Shown here piece after piece: positions 27,783-37,954 of a stretch of DNA of 57,114 nt. The notes below the pieces were generated by a model, which was given only the letters and a program-made list of their open reading frames with translations, had not been told where the DNA came from and ran no database searches. The stretch is from contig CBDFAZ010000001.1 of NCBI GenBank assembly GCA_965245685.1, positions 1-57,114 of the forward strand, given 5' to 3'. The translations under genes and the position numbers were made by a program. The DNA is from an uncultured Streptococcus sp. (GTDB lineage: Bacteria > Bacillota > Bacilli > Lactobacillales > Streptococcaceae). Numbering within the stretch: position 1 is the first letter of the stretch; each line of letters starts with the position of its first letter.

Positions 27783-29215
27783 TGAACTTTGAAACAGTTA
27801 TCGGACTGGAAGTCCATGTTGAATTGAAGACCAATTCAAAAATTTTCTCTCCGGCTCCAGCTCACTTCGGTGAAGATCCAAATGCCAACACCAATATCAT
27901 TGACTGGTCCTTCCCAGGTGTTTTGCCTGTTATGAACAAGGGTGTTATTGACTATGGTATCAAGGCTGCTCTGGCTTTGAACATGGATATTCACCAGAAG
28001 ATGCACTTTGACCGCAAGAATTACTTCTATCCGGACAATCCAAAAGCCTATCAAATTTCTCAGTTTGATGAGCCGATTGGTTACAATGGCTGGATTGAGA
28101 TTGAGCTAGAAGATGGAACGACCAAGAAAATCCGTATCGAGCGGGCTCACTTGGAAGAAGATGCTGGAAAGAATACCCATGGCAGCGATGGATACTCTTA
28201 TGTGGACCTCAACCGCCAAGGGGTGCCGCTGATTGAGATTGTCTCAGAAGCGGATATGCGAAGTCCAGAAGAAGCTTATGCCTATTTGACTGCCCTCAAG
28301 GAAATCATCCAGTACACGGGCATTTCTGATGTCAAGATGGAAGAGGGCTCCATGCGTGTCGACGCCAATATTTCCATCCGTCCTTACGGCCAGGAAGAAT
28401 TTGGTACCAAGACTGAGCTGAAAAACCTTAACTCTTTCAACTTTGTCCGTAAGGGTCTAGCATTTGAGGAAAAACGCCAAGCAGAAATCCTACGCAGTGG
28501 CGGTCAGATTCGTCAGGAAACCCGTCGTTATGATGAAGCGACTGGCGAAACCTTGCTCATGCGGGTGAAGGAAGGTTCAGCGGACTACCGTTACTTCCCA
28601 GAGCCTGATCTGCCTATCTTTGAGATTGAAGATGCTTGGATTGAGCAAGTACGCAGTAGCTTGCCAGCCTTTCCAAAAGAGCGCCGTGCCAAGTATGTGG
28701 GCGACTACGGTCTGTCTGACTACGACGCCAAGCAGCTGACAGCGACGAAGGCTGTGTCGGACTTCTTTGAAGCAGCTGTTGCCGCAGGTGGTGACGCTAA
28801 GGCTGTTTCTAACTGGCTCCAAGGAGAAGTGGCGCAATACCTCAATGCCGAAGGCAAGACTATCTCTGAGATTGAGCTGACACCTGAGAACCTGACGGAG
28901 ATGATTGCTCTGATTGCAGACGGAACGATTTCCTCTAAGATTGCTAAGAAGGTCTTTGTCCATCTAGCTAAAAATGGCGGTTCTGCCAAGGAATATGTTC
29001 AAAAAGCAGGCCTGATTCAAATTTCAGACCCTGCCCAGCTTCTTCCTATTATCCAGCAAGTCTTTGCGGATAATGAAAAAGCTATCAATGACTATAAAGG
29101 CGGTAACAAGAATGCGGCCAAGTCACTAATTGGTCAGCTTATGAAGGCCACTAAAGGTCAAGCCAACCCACAAATAGCACAAAAACTGCTCAATGAAGAG
29201 TTGGAGAAATTGTAG
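27782..29215 (+). CDS. gatB: Asp/Glu-tRNA amidotransferase subunit B
   Basis: [28 protein letters not shown] and [10 protein letters not shown] motifs. Confidence 0.98.
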   Translation: MNFETVIGLEVHVELKTNSKIFSPAPAHFGEDPNANTNIIDWSFPGVLPVMNKGVIDYGIKAALALNMDIHQKMHFDRKNYFYPDNPKAYQISQFDEPIGYNGWIEIELEDGTTKKIRIERAHLEEDAGKNTHGSDGYSYVDLNRQGVPLIEIVSEADMRSPEEAYAYLTALKEIIQYTGISDVKMEEGSMRVDANISIRPYGQEEFGTKTELKNLNSFNFVRKGLAFEEKRQAEILRSGGQIRQETRRYDEATGETLLMRVKEGSADYRYFPEPDLPIFEIEDAWIEQVRSSLPAFPKERRAKYVGDYGLSDYDAKQLTATKAVSDFFEAAVAAGGDAKAVSNWLQGEVAQYLNAEGKTISEIELTPENLTEMIALIADGTISSKIAKKVFVHLAKNGGSAKEYVQKAGLIQISDPAQLLPIIQQVFADNEKAINDYKGGNKNAAKSLIGQLMKATKGQANPQIAQKLLNEELEKL

Positions 29216-29225
29216 AAATAAGTAG

Positions 29226-29251
29226 AAAACCAGTCGTGAGGCTGGTTTTTT
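29226..29251 (+). terminator. Terminator after gatB
   Basis: AAAACCAGTC-GTGA-GGCTGGTTTTTT. Confidence 0.8.
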
Positions 29252-29308
29252 AATCTTTTCTTTATCCATCAGTTGTGTTAAAATAATTAAAAAAACAAAG
29301 GAGTCTTT

Positions 29309-29665
29309 ATGTCAGAAATTAAGATCAAACGCGAGACAGGTTTTGTAGGGATTATTGGAAAGTTTCCAGTCTTTATCAATGATCAGAAAGTTGGCGCAAT
29401 TAAGAATGGTGACGAGGCTATTTTTCCTATTGAGGGAGAAGAAGCTGTTGTTCGTGTAGGAGCAGCTCCTATGAAAACTAAGCCAGTGACAGTTAAAGCA
29501 GGGCAAACCTTGCTGATTGAAACAAATTTTACTAATTTTTCTATTTGTTTGGGAACTTTAGTAGTTGCTCTTCTATTTGGTGGATTGCTTCGTGCGATTC
29601 TCTTGATTCTTTATATTGTTTTAATGTTCCTTCTTCCTTTCTACTCTGCTAGAATTGCAGAATAA
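29309..29665 (+). CDS. Hypothetical membrane protein (beta-rich N-domain, two C-terminal TM segments)
   Basis: AAGGAG SD, own terminator; AT-rich; hydrophobic C-terminus. Confidence 0.75.
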   Translation: MSEIKIKRETGFVGIIGKFPVFINDQKVGAIKNGDEAIFPIEGEEAVVRVGAAPMKTKPVTVKAGQTLLIETNFTNFSICLGTLVVALLFGGLLRAILLILYIVLMFLLPFYSARIAE

Positions 29666-29725
29666 ACTTGAGACCAGCAGATGCTGGTTTTTTGTATGTT
29701 ATTTTTTGAAAATGTAGCTAATCTT

Positions 29726-29754
29726 TTGACAAGATTTCTGAAAGGGTTTACAAT
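29726..29754 (+). promoter_or_regulatory. bdh promoter with overlapping CcpA cre site
   Basis: TTGACA-17-TACAAT; TGAAAGGGTTTACA (29739-29752) has one mismatch to the cre consensus TGWAANCGNTNWCA and overlaps the -10. Confidence 0.7.
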
Positions 29755-29786
29755 AAAACTAACAAATTATAAAGTGAGGTATGTTT

Positions 29787-30833
29787 ATGGCAAAAATGAA
29801 TGCTGCGCGTTGGTATGGCGCTAAAGATGTTCGTATTGAAGAAGTGGATGTACCGGAAGTCAAACCGCATCAGGTTAAAATTGCGGTCAAGTTCACAGGA
29901 ATCTGCGGAACTGACTTGCATGAATATCTGGATGGACCGATTTTTATTCCGACAGAAACAGAGCATGTCTACTCTGGTCAGAAAGCGCCTGTGACCTTGG
30001 GACATGAATTTGCTGGAGAAATTGTTGAGGTCGGCAGTGCCGTGACACGGGTCAAGGTTGGCGATCGAGTAACAGTTGAGCCTATTTTGGCTAAGCATAA
30101 TCTTGTCGGTGATTACAATCTGGACCCTAATCTAAACTTTGTCGGTTTGGCGGCAGACGGTGGTTTTGCCAAATACTGTGTCTTGGACGGTGACATTGTT
30201 CACAAAGTTCCAGACAGCCTTAGCTATGAGCAGGCAGCCTTGACAGAACCTGCTGCTGTGGCTGTTTACGCAGTCCGTCAGTCAGCTCTTAAGACGGGCG
30301 ATACCGCGGTGGTCTTCGGTTTGGGCCCAATCGGGCTCTTGATTGTTGAGGCTTTGCGGGCAGCCGGGGCCTCTAAGATTTATGGTGTCGAGTTATCTCC
30401 AGAACGCCAAGCAAAGGCAGAGGAGCTTGGGGCCATCATTGTGCGACCAGAAGAAGGTGAAGATGTGGTAGCTGCTATCCATCGTTTAACTGGTGGCGGG
30501 GCAGATGTGTCTTATGAAGTGACTGGAGTGCCAGTCGTGCTGGGGCAGGCTTTGGCTGCTGTTCACAAGGCCGGAGAATGTATGGTGGTTTCTATCTGGG
30601 AGCGAGAAGCCAGCGTCAATCCTAATGAATTTGCCATTCAAGAAAAAACGCTCAAGGGTATTATCGCCTATCGGCATATTTTCCCTAAGGTGTTGGAACT
30701 GATGGAGCAGGGCTATTTCTCTGCAGACAAGCTTGTGACCAAGAAGATTAAGCTGGAAGATATTGTGCAAGAAGGCTTTATCGAGCTGACTCAGGACAAG
30801 GCGCAGATCAAGATTTTGGTATCGCCAGAATAA
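29787..30833 (+). CDS. Zn-dependent 2,3-butanediol dehydrogenase (MDR family)
   Basis: GICGTDLHEY, GHEFAG and GLGPIG motifs; exact start among 29781/29787/29796 uncertain. Confidence 0.85.
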   Translation: MAKMNAARWYGAKDVRIEEVDVPEVKPHQVKIAVKFTGICGTDLHEYLDGPIFIPTETEHVYSGQKAPVTLGHEFAGEIVEVGSAVTRVKVGDRVTVEPILAKHNLVGDYNLDPNLNFVGLAADGGFAKYCVLDGDIVHKVPDSLSYEQAALTEPAAVAVYAVRQSALKTGDTAVVFGLGPIGLLIVEALRAAGASKIYGVELSPERQAKAEELGAIIVRPEEGEDVVAAIHRLTGGGADVSYEVTGVPVVLGQALAAVHKAGECMVVSIWEREASVNPNEFAIQEKTLKGIIAYRHIFPKVLELMEQGYFSADKLVTKKIKLEDIVQEGFIELTQDKAQIKILVSPE

Positions 30834-30854
30834 ATTTTTGCTTAATCATGAGAT

Positions 30855-30882
30855 GAAAATCAGTCAAAACTGGCTGATTTTT
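30855..30882 (+). terminator. Terminator after bdh
   Basis: GAAAATCAGTCA-AAAC-TGGCTGATTTTT. Confidence 0.75.
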
Positions 30883-30930
30883 CTTTGTGGTTTGTGCTAT
30901 AATAAGCAAAGATATAGAAAGAGGTTTGGG

Positions 30931-31188
30931 ATGTCAAAAGTTTTGAAGGGGACCATCTTTTCCTACACGGTCTTTTTAAAGGGGACTTCCTTGATAGGTC
31001 CTGTCAAATCCAGTCTTCTAGCTTCCGCTGAGCCTATTTCAGCGGTCTTCTTTGCCTTTTTTCTGATGAATGAGCATTTTTATATCGTTGACCTGGTAGG
31101 GATTGCTATGATTTTAATAGCTGTTTCGCTTATTTCCCTTAAAGACTTATGGCTGCAAAAGAAGAAAAAGTCTTGCGGGCTCTCTTAG
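30931..31188 (+). pseudogene. Internally deleted EamA/DMT transporter remnant (85 aa)
   Basis: N-terminal MSKVLKGT joined directly to C-terminal EamA helices (GPVKSSLLASAEPISAVFF...); promoter TGcTATAAT and SD intact; EamA proteins are normally ~300 aa. Confidence 0.7.
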
Positions 31189-31255
31189 TTGAACTATTAT
31201 ATCTTAGAGACAAAAAAGATAGATAAAAAAGAAGTTGATTTTATTCAACTCCTTT

Positions 31256-31882
31256 TTATTTGGAGATCATTTTCCAGAAAAAATCAATGATATAAGTCAG
31301 TCCATAAGTATAGATGACGAGGGTGATGGGCTTGCAGAGAAGGATAATCAGCATGTACTTTTTGAAAGTCATCTTGGTCAGGGCCGCCAACATGCAGAGA
31401 AAGTCGGCTGGACTGATGGGCCAAATCATCATGAAGATAAAGAAGTGCTCAAGGCGATTGCCCTTATCCAGCCAGCCGATGTATTTATCATAAGTGCGCT
31501 TGCTGACGACAGACTGGACAAAAGCCGGACCATAGGTGCGCGCCAGATAAAATATCAAGGCGCAGCCAATGACAATGCCGATATAGTTATAAATGGTGCC
31601 GACGATATGGCCGTAAATGAAAACGCCAGCGACAGAGGTCAGGGCGCCAGGGATAATGGGCACGACCGTCTGTAGGATCTGCAGAAAGATAAAGAGGGGC
31701 GGTCCCCAGATGCCCGCCTGTTGGATAAAGGCAGAGAGAGTTTCCTTGGACTGGAGGATGCCAGCGAAATAGGCCCAAAGACAAAAGGCCACCGTTCCTA
31801 GAGCGCCAATGGCGGACGACCAGTTGATAATCTTTTGCAAAAGAGGGGAAACAGCCTGCATCTGTCTGTTTTTGTCTGCCAT
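31256..31882 (-). CDS. TVP38/TMEM64 (VTT/DedA-like) membrane protein
   Basis: LQTVVPIIPG...AGVFIYG and WPISPADFLCMLAALTKM motifs. Confidence 0.88.
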   Translation of the reverse strand: MADKNRQMQAVSPLLQKIINWSSAIGALGTVAFCLWAYFAGILQSKETLSAFIQQAGIWGPPLFIFLQILQTVVPIIPGALTSVAGVFIYGHIVGTIYNYIGIVIGCALIFYLARTYGPAFVQSVVSKRTYDKYIGWLDKGNRLEHFFIFMMIWPISPADFLCMLAALTKMTFKKYMLIILLCKPITLVIYTYGLTYIIDFFWKMISK

Positions 31883-32062
31883 ACAAACCTCCAGGACATT
31901 TATACTATCACCACTATAATATCATCTTTTGCTCTTTTTGTAACCTTAGAGACTGAAGATGCCAAAAAGCTTGAAAGATGATATAATGATGTAATTAGTG
32001 AACCATAAACTGTCAAATAATCGTTCAAAATTAATGAAAAATGCGTAAGAGGAGAGCCTATA

Positions 32063-32752
32063 GTGGAAGAATATCTAAATTTATATCATCAAAAATTGTG
32101 GGAAATTGCATATGATAATCTCATAAGAGTATTTTCCCACCCTCATACAATTATTCTCTTTGTATTATTTTTAATTATTTGTTCCTTAATTTGTTTCTTA
32201 TTTTTCGGAAAAACACGTACTTTACTATTTGTAGTTAGTTATTTCTTCTTGTTCCTTTTGGGAGGAGTCGCAGAGTATGTGAATAGCTATAGCAAAATTA
32301 TGAATCCATCTTCTCCATACAACAATTCTTTAAGCATTGCTTCATTAAGACATGAAACCGTTCTTCCGATGCTTGAGCATGTAGATGAGATTCCCCTAGC
32401 TAGTGTTGATGGAGAGCTCAAGAGAGAAGATATTATATTGTTTGCAGTGTCGAATCCTAGCTACTACGACGGTCTTTTTAATGATATAGCAATGTTATTA
32501 ACCGGTGAGTATAAAATAGGAACAGATTTTCTAGTTGCATTAGTAGGCTATGAAGAGAAAAATGGTGAATGGAAATCTGTTGATATTCGTATTGCCCCGG
32601 GTATTGAGGAGAAGGATTTTCAGAAATTTTCTAAGGTTCTTCACATTAAAAAAGGTGAAGCAGAGGGTGCTACTGGTATTATTCTCGATCTTCAAGAATT
32701 TTATGAATTAAAATTACGGAAAGAAAAAGATGGCCACTGGCCTAGACTGTGA
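32063..32752 (+). CDS. Hypothetical AT-rich membrane protein (two N-terminal TM segments)
   Basis: 229-aa ORF with GAGGAG SD, upstream TGaTATAAT and downstream terminator (32782-32810). Confidence 0.7.
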   Translation: MEEYLNLYHQKLWEIAYDNLIRVFSHPHTIILFVLFLIICSLICFLFFGKTRTLLFVVSYFFLFLLGGVAEYVNSYSKIMNPSSPYNNSLSIASLRHETVLPMLEHVDEIPLASVDGELKREDIILFAVSNPSYYDGLFNDIAMLLTGEYKIGTDFLVALVGYEEKNGEWKSVDIRIAPGIEEKDFQKFSKVLHIKKGEAEGATGIILDLQEFYELKLRKEKDGHWPRL

Positions 32753-32927
32753 GTATGAGTTTTTGTCCCATTTTAAGATGAAGTTCCCCATTTGGGGAGC
32801 TATTTTTATTTGTTTGAAAAATAGAAAAGTGAACATCACCTATTCGCTCTAGAAGAAATAGGACCATGAGTGCCAAAAAGCCCATTTTATGCTATAATAA
32901 TGAGAATACGAATTTTTGGAGAGAGAT

Positions 32928-33455
32928 GTGGCGATTGAAGATTATATGCCGGACTTTGCGGTCGAGGCAGTTTACGATTTGACAGTAGAGAGTTTGAAAA
33001 AGCAAGGCATCAAAGCGGTTTTGGTGGATTTAGATAACACCTTGATTGCTTGGAATAATCCTGATGGAACCCCAGAGATGAAGAAGTGGCTCCATGATTT
33101 GCGGGACGCGGGCATTCGGATTATCGTGGTGTCCAATAATAACCAAAAACGGGTCAAGCGGGCTGTTGAAAAGTTTGAAATTGACTATGTCTACTGGGCG
33201 ATGAAACCTTTCACTTGGGGAATTGACCGAGCGCTCAAGCTTTTTCAATCTGAAAAAAAGGAAGTGGTTATGGTGGGCGACCAGCTTATGACGGATATTC
33301 GGGCAGCTCATAGGGCTGGGATTCGTTCGATTTTGGTCAAACCGCTGGTTGAGCACGACTCTATCAAAACCCAGATCAATCGGGCGCGTGAACGCCGTGT
33401 GCTCAAGAAAATCACTGAAAAATACGGCCCAATTCAGTACAAAAAAGGAATTTAA
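32928..33455 (+). CDS. yqeG: YqeG HAD-IIIA phosphatase
   Basis: LVDLDNTL, VVSNN and MVGDQLMTDI motifs; first gene of the yqe operon; GTG start. Confidence 0.92.
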   Translation: MAIEDYMPDFAVEAVYDLTVESLKKQGIKAVLVDLDNTLIAWNNPDGTPEMKKWLHDLRDAGIRIIVVSNNNQKRVKRAVEKFEIDYVYWAMKPFTWGIDRALKLFQSEKKEVVMVGDQLMTDIRAAHRAGIRSILVKPLVEHDSIKTQINRARERRVLKKITEKYGPIQYKKGI

Positions 33456-33457
33456 GC

Positions 33458-34564
33458 ATGGAAGAACTTCTCTGTATCGGCTGCGGAGCCACTATCCAGA
33501 CAGAAGATATGGGCAAGCTAGGCTACACGCCCCAGTCAGCCCTAGAAAAAGGCTTGGAGACGGGCGAACTCTATTGCCAGCGCTGTTTCCGCCTGCGCCA
33601 TTATAATGAAATCAGCGACGTCCAACTGACGGATGATGACTTTCTGCGGCTTCTGCATGAGGTTGGAGATAGCGACGCCTTGGTCGTCAATGTTATCGAT
33701 ATTTTTGACTTTAATGGATCGGTTATTCCTGGCCTGCCTCGCTTTGTCGCAGGAAATGATGTTCTCTTGGTTGGGAATAAAAAGGACATTCTGCCTAAGT
33801 CGGTCAAGGATAGCAAGGTGACCCAGTGGCTGACGGAGCGGGCTCACGAAGAAGGCCTGCGTCCAGTCGATGTGGTATTGATTTCTGCTCAGAACAAGCA
33901 GGCCATCAAGGACTTGATTGACAAGATTGAGTATTGCCGCAAGGGACGTGATGTTTATGTAGTCGGCGTGACCAATGTGGGCAAGTCCACTTTGATTAAT
34001 GCGATTATTCAGGAAATCACGGGCGATAAGGATATTATTACGACTTCGCGCTTTCCGGGAACAACTCTGGATAAAATCGAAATTCCTTTGGCAGACGGCA
34101 GTCATATTTATGATACGCCGGGCATTATCCATCGTCACCAGATGGCTCATTATCTCTCTGCTAAGAATCTCAAATACATCAGTCCTAAAAAGGAAATCAA
34201 GCCCAAAACATACCAGCTCAATCCTGAGCAAACCCTATTTTTGGGTGGTTTAGGCCGCTTTGATTTTGTGGCAGGTGACAAGCAAGGCTTCACGGCTTAT
34301 TTTGACAATGAGCTCAAGCTCCACCGGACCAAGTTGGAAGGTGCCAGTGGCTTTTATGACAAGCATGTCGGCAGTCTCTTAGTACCGCCGGTTGGCAAGG
34401 AAAAGGAAGAATTTCCAACCTTGGTCAAGCATGAATTTACCATCAAGGACAAGACGGATATCGTCTTCTCTGGTCTGGGCTGGATTCGCGTCAGTGGACC
34501 TGCCCGAGTAGCTGGTTGGGCGCCAGAGGGTGTAGCGGTTGTCACTCGGAAAGCTATTATATAA
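33458..34564 (+). CDS. yqeH: Ribosome biogenesis GTPase YqeH
   Basis: CIGCG...CQRCFRL zinc finger, NKKD, GVTNVGKS, DTPG. Confidence 0.96.
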   Translation: MEELLCIGCGATIQTEDMGKLGYTPQSALEKGLETGELYCQRCFRLRHYNEISDVQLTDDDFLRLLHEVGDSDALVVNVIDIFDFNGSVIPGLPRFVAGNDVLLVGNKKDILPKSVKDSKVTQWLTERAHEEGLRPVDVVLISAQNKQAIKDLIDKIEYCRKGRDVYVVGVTNVGKSTLINAIIQEITGDKDIITTSRFPGTTLDKIEIPLADGSHIYDTPGIIHRHQMAHYLSAKNLKYISPKKEIKPKTYQLNPEQTLFLGGLGRFDFVAGDKQGFTAYFDNELKLHRTKLEGASGFYDKHVGSLLVPPVGKEKEEFPTLVKHEFTIKDKTDIVFSGLGWIRVSGPARVAGWAPEGVAVVTRKAII

Positions 34565-34671
34565 TACTCAAGAAACCAAGGGGAATAAATCCCCTTAAAA
34601 TAAGGAAGGAAAAGGCCGTGAACAGTGATGAGACAAGCAAGTCCCAACTGACTCAGGCCTTATAGAAGAAC

Positions 34672-34983
34672 ATGACACTAACATCAAAACAACGCGCCTT
34701 TCTCAACAGTCAGGCACACAGTCTCAAACCCATCATTCAGATTGGGAAAAATGGACTCAACGACCAAATCAAAACCAGCGTCCGTCAGGCACTGGATGCG
34801 CGAGAGTTGATTAAGGTTACGCTCTTGCAAAATACGGATGAAAATATCCACGAGGTTGCTGAGATTTTGGAAGAGGAAATCGGAGTGGATACGGTGCAGA
34901 AGATTGGCCGGATTTTGATTCTCTACAAGCAGTCCAGCAAAAAGGAAAATCGCAAACTCTCTGTCAAAGTAAAGCAAATTTAA
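34672..34983 (+). CDS. yhbY: Ribosome assembly RNA-binding protein YhbY (CRM domain)
   Basis: LTSKQRAFL...IQIGKNG...ELIKV motifs. Confidence 0.94.
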   Translation: MTLTSKQRAFLNSQAHSLKPIIQIGKNGLNDQIKTSVRQALDARELIKVTLLQNTDENIHEVAEILEEEIGVDTVQKIGRILILYKQSSKKENRKLSVKVKQI

Positions 34984-35011
34984 GAACAAATTTCTGTGGA
35001 GATGTCAGCTT

Positions 35012-35644
35012 ATGGCTATTGAATTACTGACCCCCTTTACCAAGGTGGAATTAGAACCAGAAGTTAAAGATAAAAAACGCAAGCAGATTGGCATACTAGG
35101 TGGGAATTTCAACCCTGTCCACAATGCTCATTTGGTCGTGGCGGATCAGGTGCGGCAACAGTTAGGCTTGGATCAGGTCCTGCTCATGCCAGAGTACGAG
35201 CCGCCCCATGTGGATAAGAAAGAGACAATTGATGAACAGCATCGACTGAAGATGCTGGAGCTGGCTATTGAGGGCATTGAAGGCCTAGGGATTGAGCCCA
35301 TTGAGTTGGAGCGAAAGGGAATTTCTTACACCTATGACACCATGAAGCTCTTGACAGAGCAGCATCCAGATACAGATTATTATTTTATCATCGGTGCGGA
35401 TATGGTGGATTATCTGCCTAAGTGGTACCGGATTGATGAGCTGGTTGAGCTGGTTCAGTTTGTCGGTGTTCAGCGACCGCGTTACAAGGCGGGGACTTCT
35501 TACCCTGTCATCTGGGTGGATGTGCCGCTTATGGATATTTCCTCCAGTATGGTGCGGGATTTTCTGGCTCAGGGACGGACTCCTAATTTTCTGCTGCCTC
35601 AGTCAGTGCTAGACTATATCAAGAAAGAGGGGCTTTACCTATGA
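35012..35644 (+). CDS. nadD: Nicotinate-nucleotide adenylyltransferase
   Basis: [17 protein letters not shown] and ISSSMVR motifs. Confidence 0.96.
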   Translation: MAIELLTPFTKVELEPEVKDKKRKQIGILGGNFNPVHNAHLVVADQVRQQLGLDQVLLMPEYEPPHVDKKETIDEQHRLKMLELAIEGIEGLGIEPIELERKGISYTYDTMKLLTEQHPDTDYYFIIGADMVDYLPKWYRIDELVELVQFVGVQRPRYKAGTSYPVIWVDVPLMDISSSMVRDFLAQGRTPNFLLPQSVLDYIKKEGLYL

Positions 35645-36240
35645 CCTATGAAAGTTATATCAGTATGGGCCGTGAGGCCTTGCTGGCTAAGATGGAAACA
35701 GTCATGTCTGAGAAGCGCCTGCGGCATTGTCTAGGTGTGGAAAGGGCTGCCCGTGAATTAGCGGAGCGCTTCGGTCTTGACGTCGAAAAAGCAGGGCTGG
35801 CAGGACTTCTACACGACTATGCTAAAAAGGTTTCAGATGAGGAATTTCTGGGCTTGATTGACAAATATCAGCTGGATCCTGACCTGAAAAACTGGGGCAA
35901 CAATGTCTGGCATGGCATGGTGGGCATTTACAAGATTCAGGAAGATTTAGGCATCAAAGATGCTGAGATTCTGCGAGCCATCGAGGTTCATACAGTGGGG
36001 AGTAGCACCATGTCTGAGCTGGACAAGGTCGTCTATGTGGCCGACTATATCGAGCACAACCGGGACTTTCCTGGAGTGGACAAGGCCAGAGAGCTGGCTC
36101 AGCGGTCGCTCAATCTAGCTGTAGCTTATGAAACAGCAAGGACTGTGGAGCATTTGGCTCACAAAGGAATGCCCATCTATCCGCAGACCTTGGAGACCTA
36201 CAATGCCTTTGTAGGGTATTTAAAGGAAATAGAAGAATGA
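35641..36240 (+). CDS. yqeK: HD-domain Ap4A hydrolase YqeK
   Basis: [17 protein letters not shown] and ADYIE motifs; follows nadD. Confidence 0.93.
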   Translation: MTYESYISMGREALLAKMETVMSEKRLRHCLGVERAARELAERFGLDVEKAGLAGLLHDYAKKVSDEEFLGLIDKYQLDPDLKNWGNNVWHGMVGIYKIQEDLGIKDAEILRAIEVHTVGSSTMSELDKVVYVADYIEHNRDFPGVDKARELAQRSLNLAVAYETARTVEHLAHKGMPIYPQTLETYNAFVGYLKEIEE

Positions 36241-36740
36241 AAACAGCTCTAATCATTATAGATGTACAAAATATCTTAGTGGAGACAGGTTTTCAGTCTG
36301 ATAAAATGATGGATAAAATTTCCTTTCTGCAGCATCAGGCTAGGAGTAAAGGTGTCGAAATTATCTATATTCAGCATATTGAAAATCCAGAAGATAGTGA
36401 ATTGGAAACTTGGGAGTTGTCTCCTCTCTTGAATCGGAAGTCAGACGAAAAGGTCTTTCAGAAGAAGTATAATAGTATATTTAAAGGGACTGGTTTAAAA
36501 GACTATTTGGATAAAGAAGATATTGGTCGTCTAGTTTTATGTGGAATGCAGACGGAATATTGTGTAGATGCATCGGTTAAAGTTGGATTTGAATTTGATT
36601 ATAAACTTATCATTCCAGAAGGTGCTTTTACAACTTTTGATGGAGAAGAGGCTTCGGCAGAAAAAATAAATACTTTTTATCAAAAAATTTGGGACGGACG
36701 TTTTGCGGATGTTCGAGATTACAAAAACATTTTTAATTAA
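36237..36740 (+). CDS. Isochorismatase-family cysteine hydrolase
   Basis: ALIIIDVQ and [11 protein letters not shown] motifs. Confidence 0.9.
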   Translation: MKTALIIIDVQNILVETGFQSDKMMDKISFLQHQARSKGVEIIYIQHIENPEDSELETWELSPLLNRKSDEKVFQKKYNSIFKGTGLKDYLDKEDIGRLVLCGMQTEYCVDASVKVGFEFDYKLIIPEGAFTTFDGEEASAEKINTFYQKIWDGRFADVRDYKNIFN

Positions 36741-36749
36741 AGAGGAACT

Positions 36750-37115
36750 ATGAAAGAACAAGAATTATTGGAACTGGTCGTGAAAGCGGCTGATGAAAAG
36801 CGTGCAGAAGATATTGTGGCTTTGGACTTGCAAGGCCTGACTACTGTGACAGATTACTTTGTCATCGTCAGCTCAATGAACAGTCGTCAGCTGGATGCGG
36901 TAGCTGAAAATATCCGTGAGAAAGCTGCAGCGGCGGGTGTTTCTGCTGGTCATGTTGAGGGAGACGCAGCTGGTGGCTGGGTTCTCTTGGACCTGAGTGG
37001 CGTGGTCGTCCATGTCTTTTCTGAGGAAATGCGGGCGCATTACAATCTGGAAAAGTTGTGGCATGAAGCAACTGGTGTGGATGTTGCGGCCTTATTGGAA
37101 GAAAAAAACAAGTAA
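36750..37115 (+). CDS. rsfS: Ribosome silencing factor
   Basis: [13 protein letters not shown] and WVLLDL...VVHVF...YNLEKLW motifs. Confidence 0.95.
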   Translation: MKEQELLELVVKAADEKRAEDIVALDLQGLTTVTDYFVIVSSMNSRQLDAVAENIREKAAAAGVSAGHVEGDAAGGWVLLDLSGVVVHVFSEEMRAHYNLEKLWHEATGVDVAALLEEKNK

Positions 37116-37189
37116 TTTTTTGCCCTTAGGCAGAAAGCAGAATTTAGCTCAGTCAGCCTGCTGGCTGGGCTATTTTTGAAAGGAAAAGT

Positions 37190-37924
37190 ATGGCAACTTA
37201 TGAAACCTTCGCGTCGGTTTACGATGCGATTATGGATGATTCTTTGTATGAGAAGTGGACGGATTTCAGCCTGCGTCATTTTCCCAAGGATAAGAAAAAG
37301 CTGCTGGAGCTGGCCTGTGGTACGGGCATTCAGTCTATTTATTTTAAGCAGGCTGGTTTTGATGTGACGGGGCTGGATCTGAGTCAGGAGATGCTGGACT
37401 TGGCAGAAAAGCGCAGCAGAGAGGCTGGTTTTGACATTCCCTTTGTCCAGGGCAATATGCTGGATTTGAGTGGCATCGGTCGGTTTGATTTGGTGACTTG
37501 TTATTCAGACTCGATTTGCTATATGGAGGACGAAGTCGATGTCGGTCAGGTTTTCACTCAAGTCTACCAGCATCTAAATGAGGGCGGTCGTTTTATCTTC
37601 GATGCGCACTCGATTTACCAGATTGACGAGGTTTTTCCAGTCTATTCTTATCATGAAAATGCTGAAACCTTTGCCATGGTGTGGGATTCCTATGCGGACG
37701 AACCGCCTCATTCCATCGTGCATGAGCTGACCTTCTTTGTCCAAGATGAGGATGGGCGATTCACGCGCCATGATGAGGTGCATGAGGAGCGGACCTATGA
37801 GATTCTGACCTATGATATCTTGCTGGAGCAGGCTGGCTTTAAGAATGTCAAGGTTTACGCGGACTTTGAGGACAAGGAGCCAACAGACAAGAGCGCTCGC
37901 TGGTTCTTTGTGGTGGAGAAATAA
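37190..37924 (+). CDS. Class I SAM-dependent methyltransferase (YqeM-like)
   Basis: LLELACGTG and GLDLSQEML motifs; operon position. Confidence 0.9.
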   Translation: MATYETFASVYDAIMDDSLYEKWTDFSLRHFPKDKKKLLELACGTGIQSIYFKQAGFDVTGLDLSQEMLDLAEKRSREAGFDIPFVQGNMLDLSGIGRFDLVTCYSDSICYMEDEVDVGQVFTQVYQHLNEGGRFIFDAHSIYQIDEVFPVYSYHENAETFAMVWDSYADEPPHSIVHELTFFVQDEDGRFTRHDEVHEERTYEILTYDILLEQAGFKNVKVYADFEDKEPTDKSARWFFVVEK

Positions 37925-37954
37925 AACCTAGCAATATGTTTTGAGGAGTTGAAT

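Noticed and set aside
31235..31675. 146-aa + strand ORF
   Set aside because: Antisense shadow of the TVP38/TMEM64 gene.
32907..32914. TACGAATT resembling a ComX (cin) box before yqeG
   Set aside because: Mismatch to TACGAATA, and it lies just downstream of an ordinary TGcTATAAT promoter.
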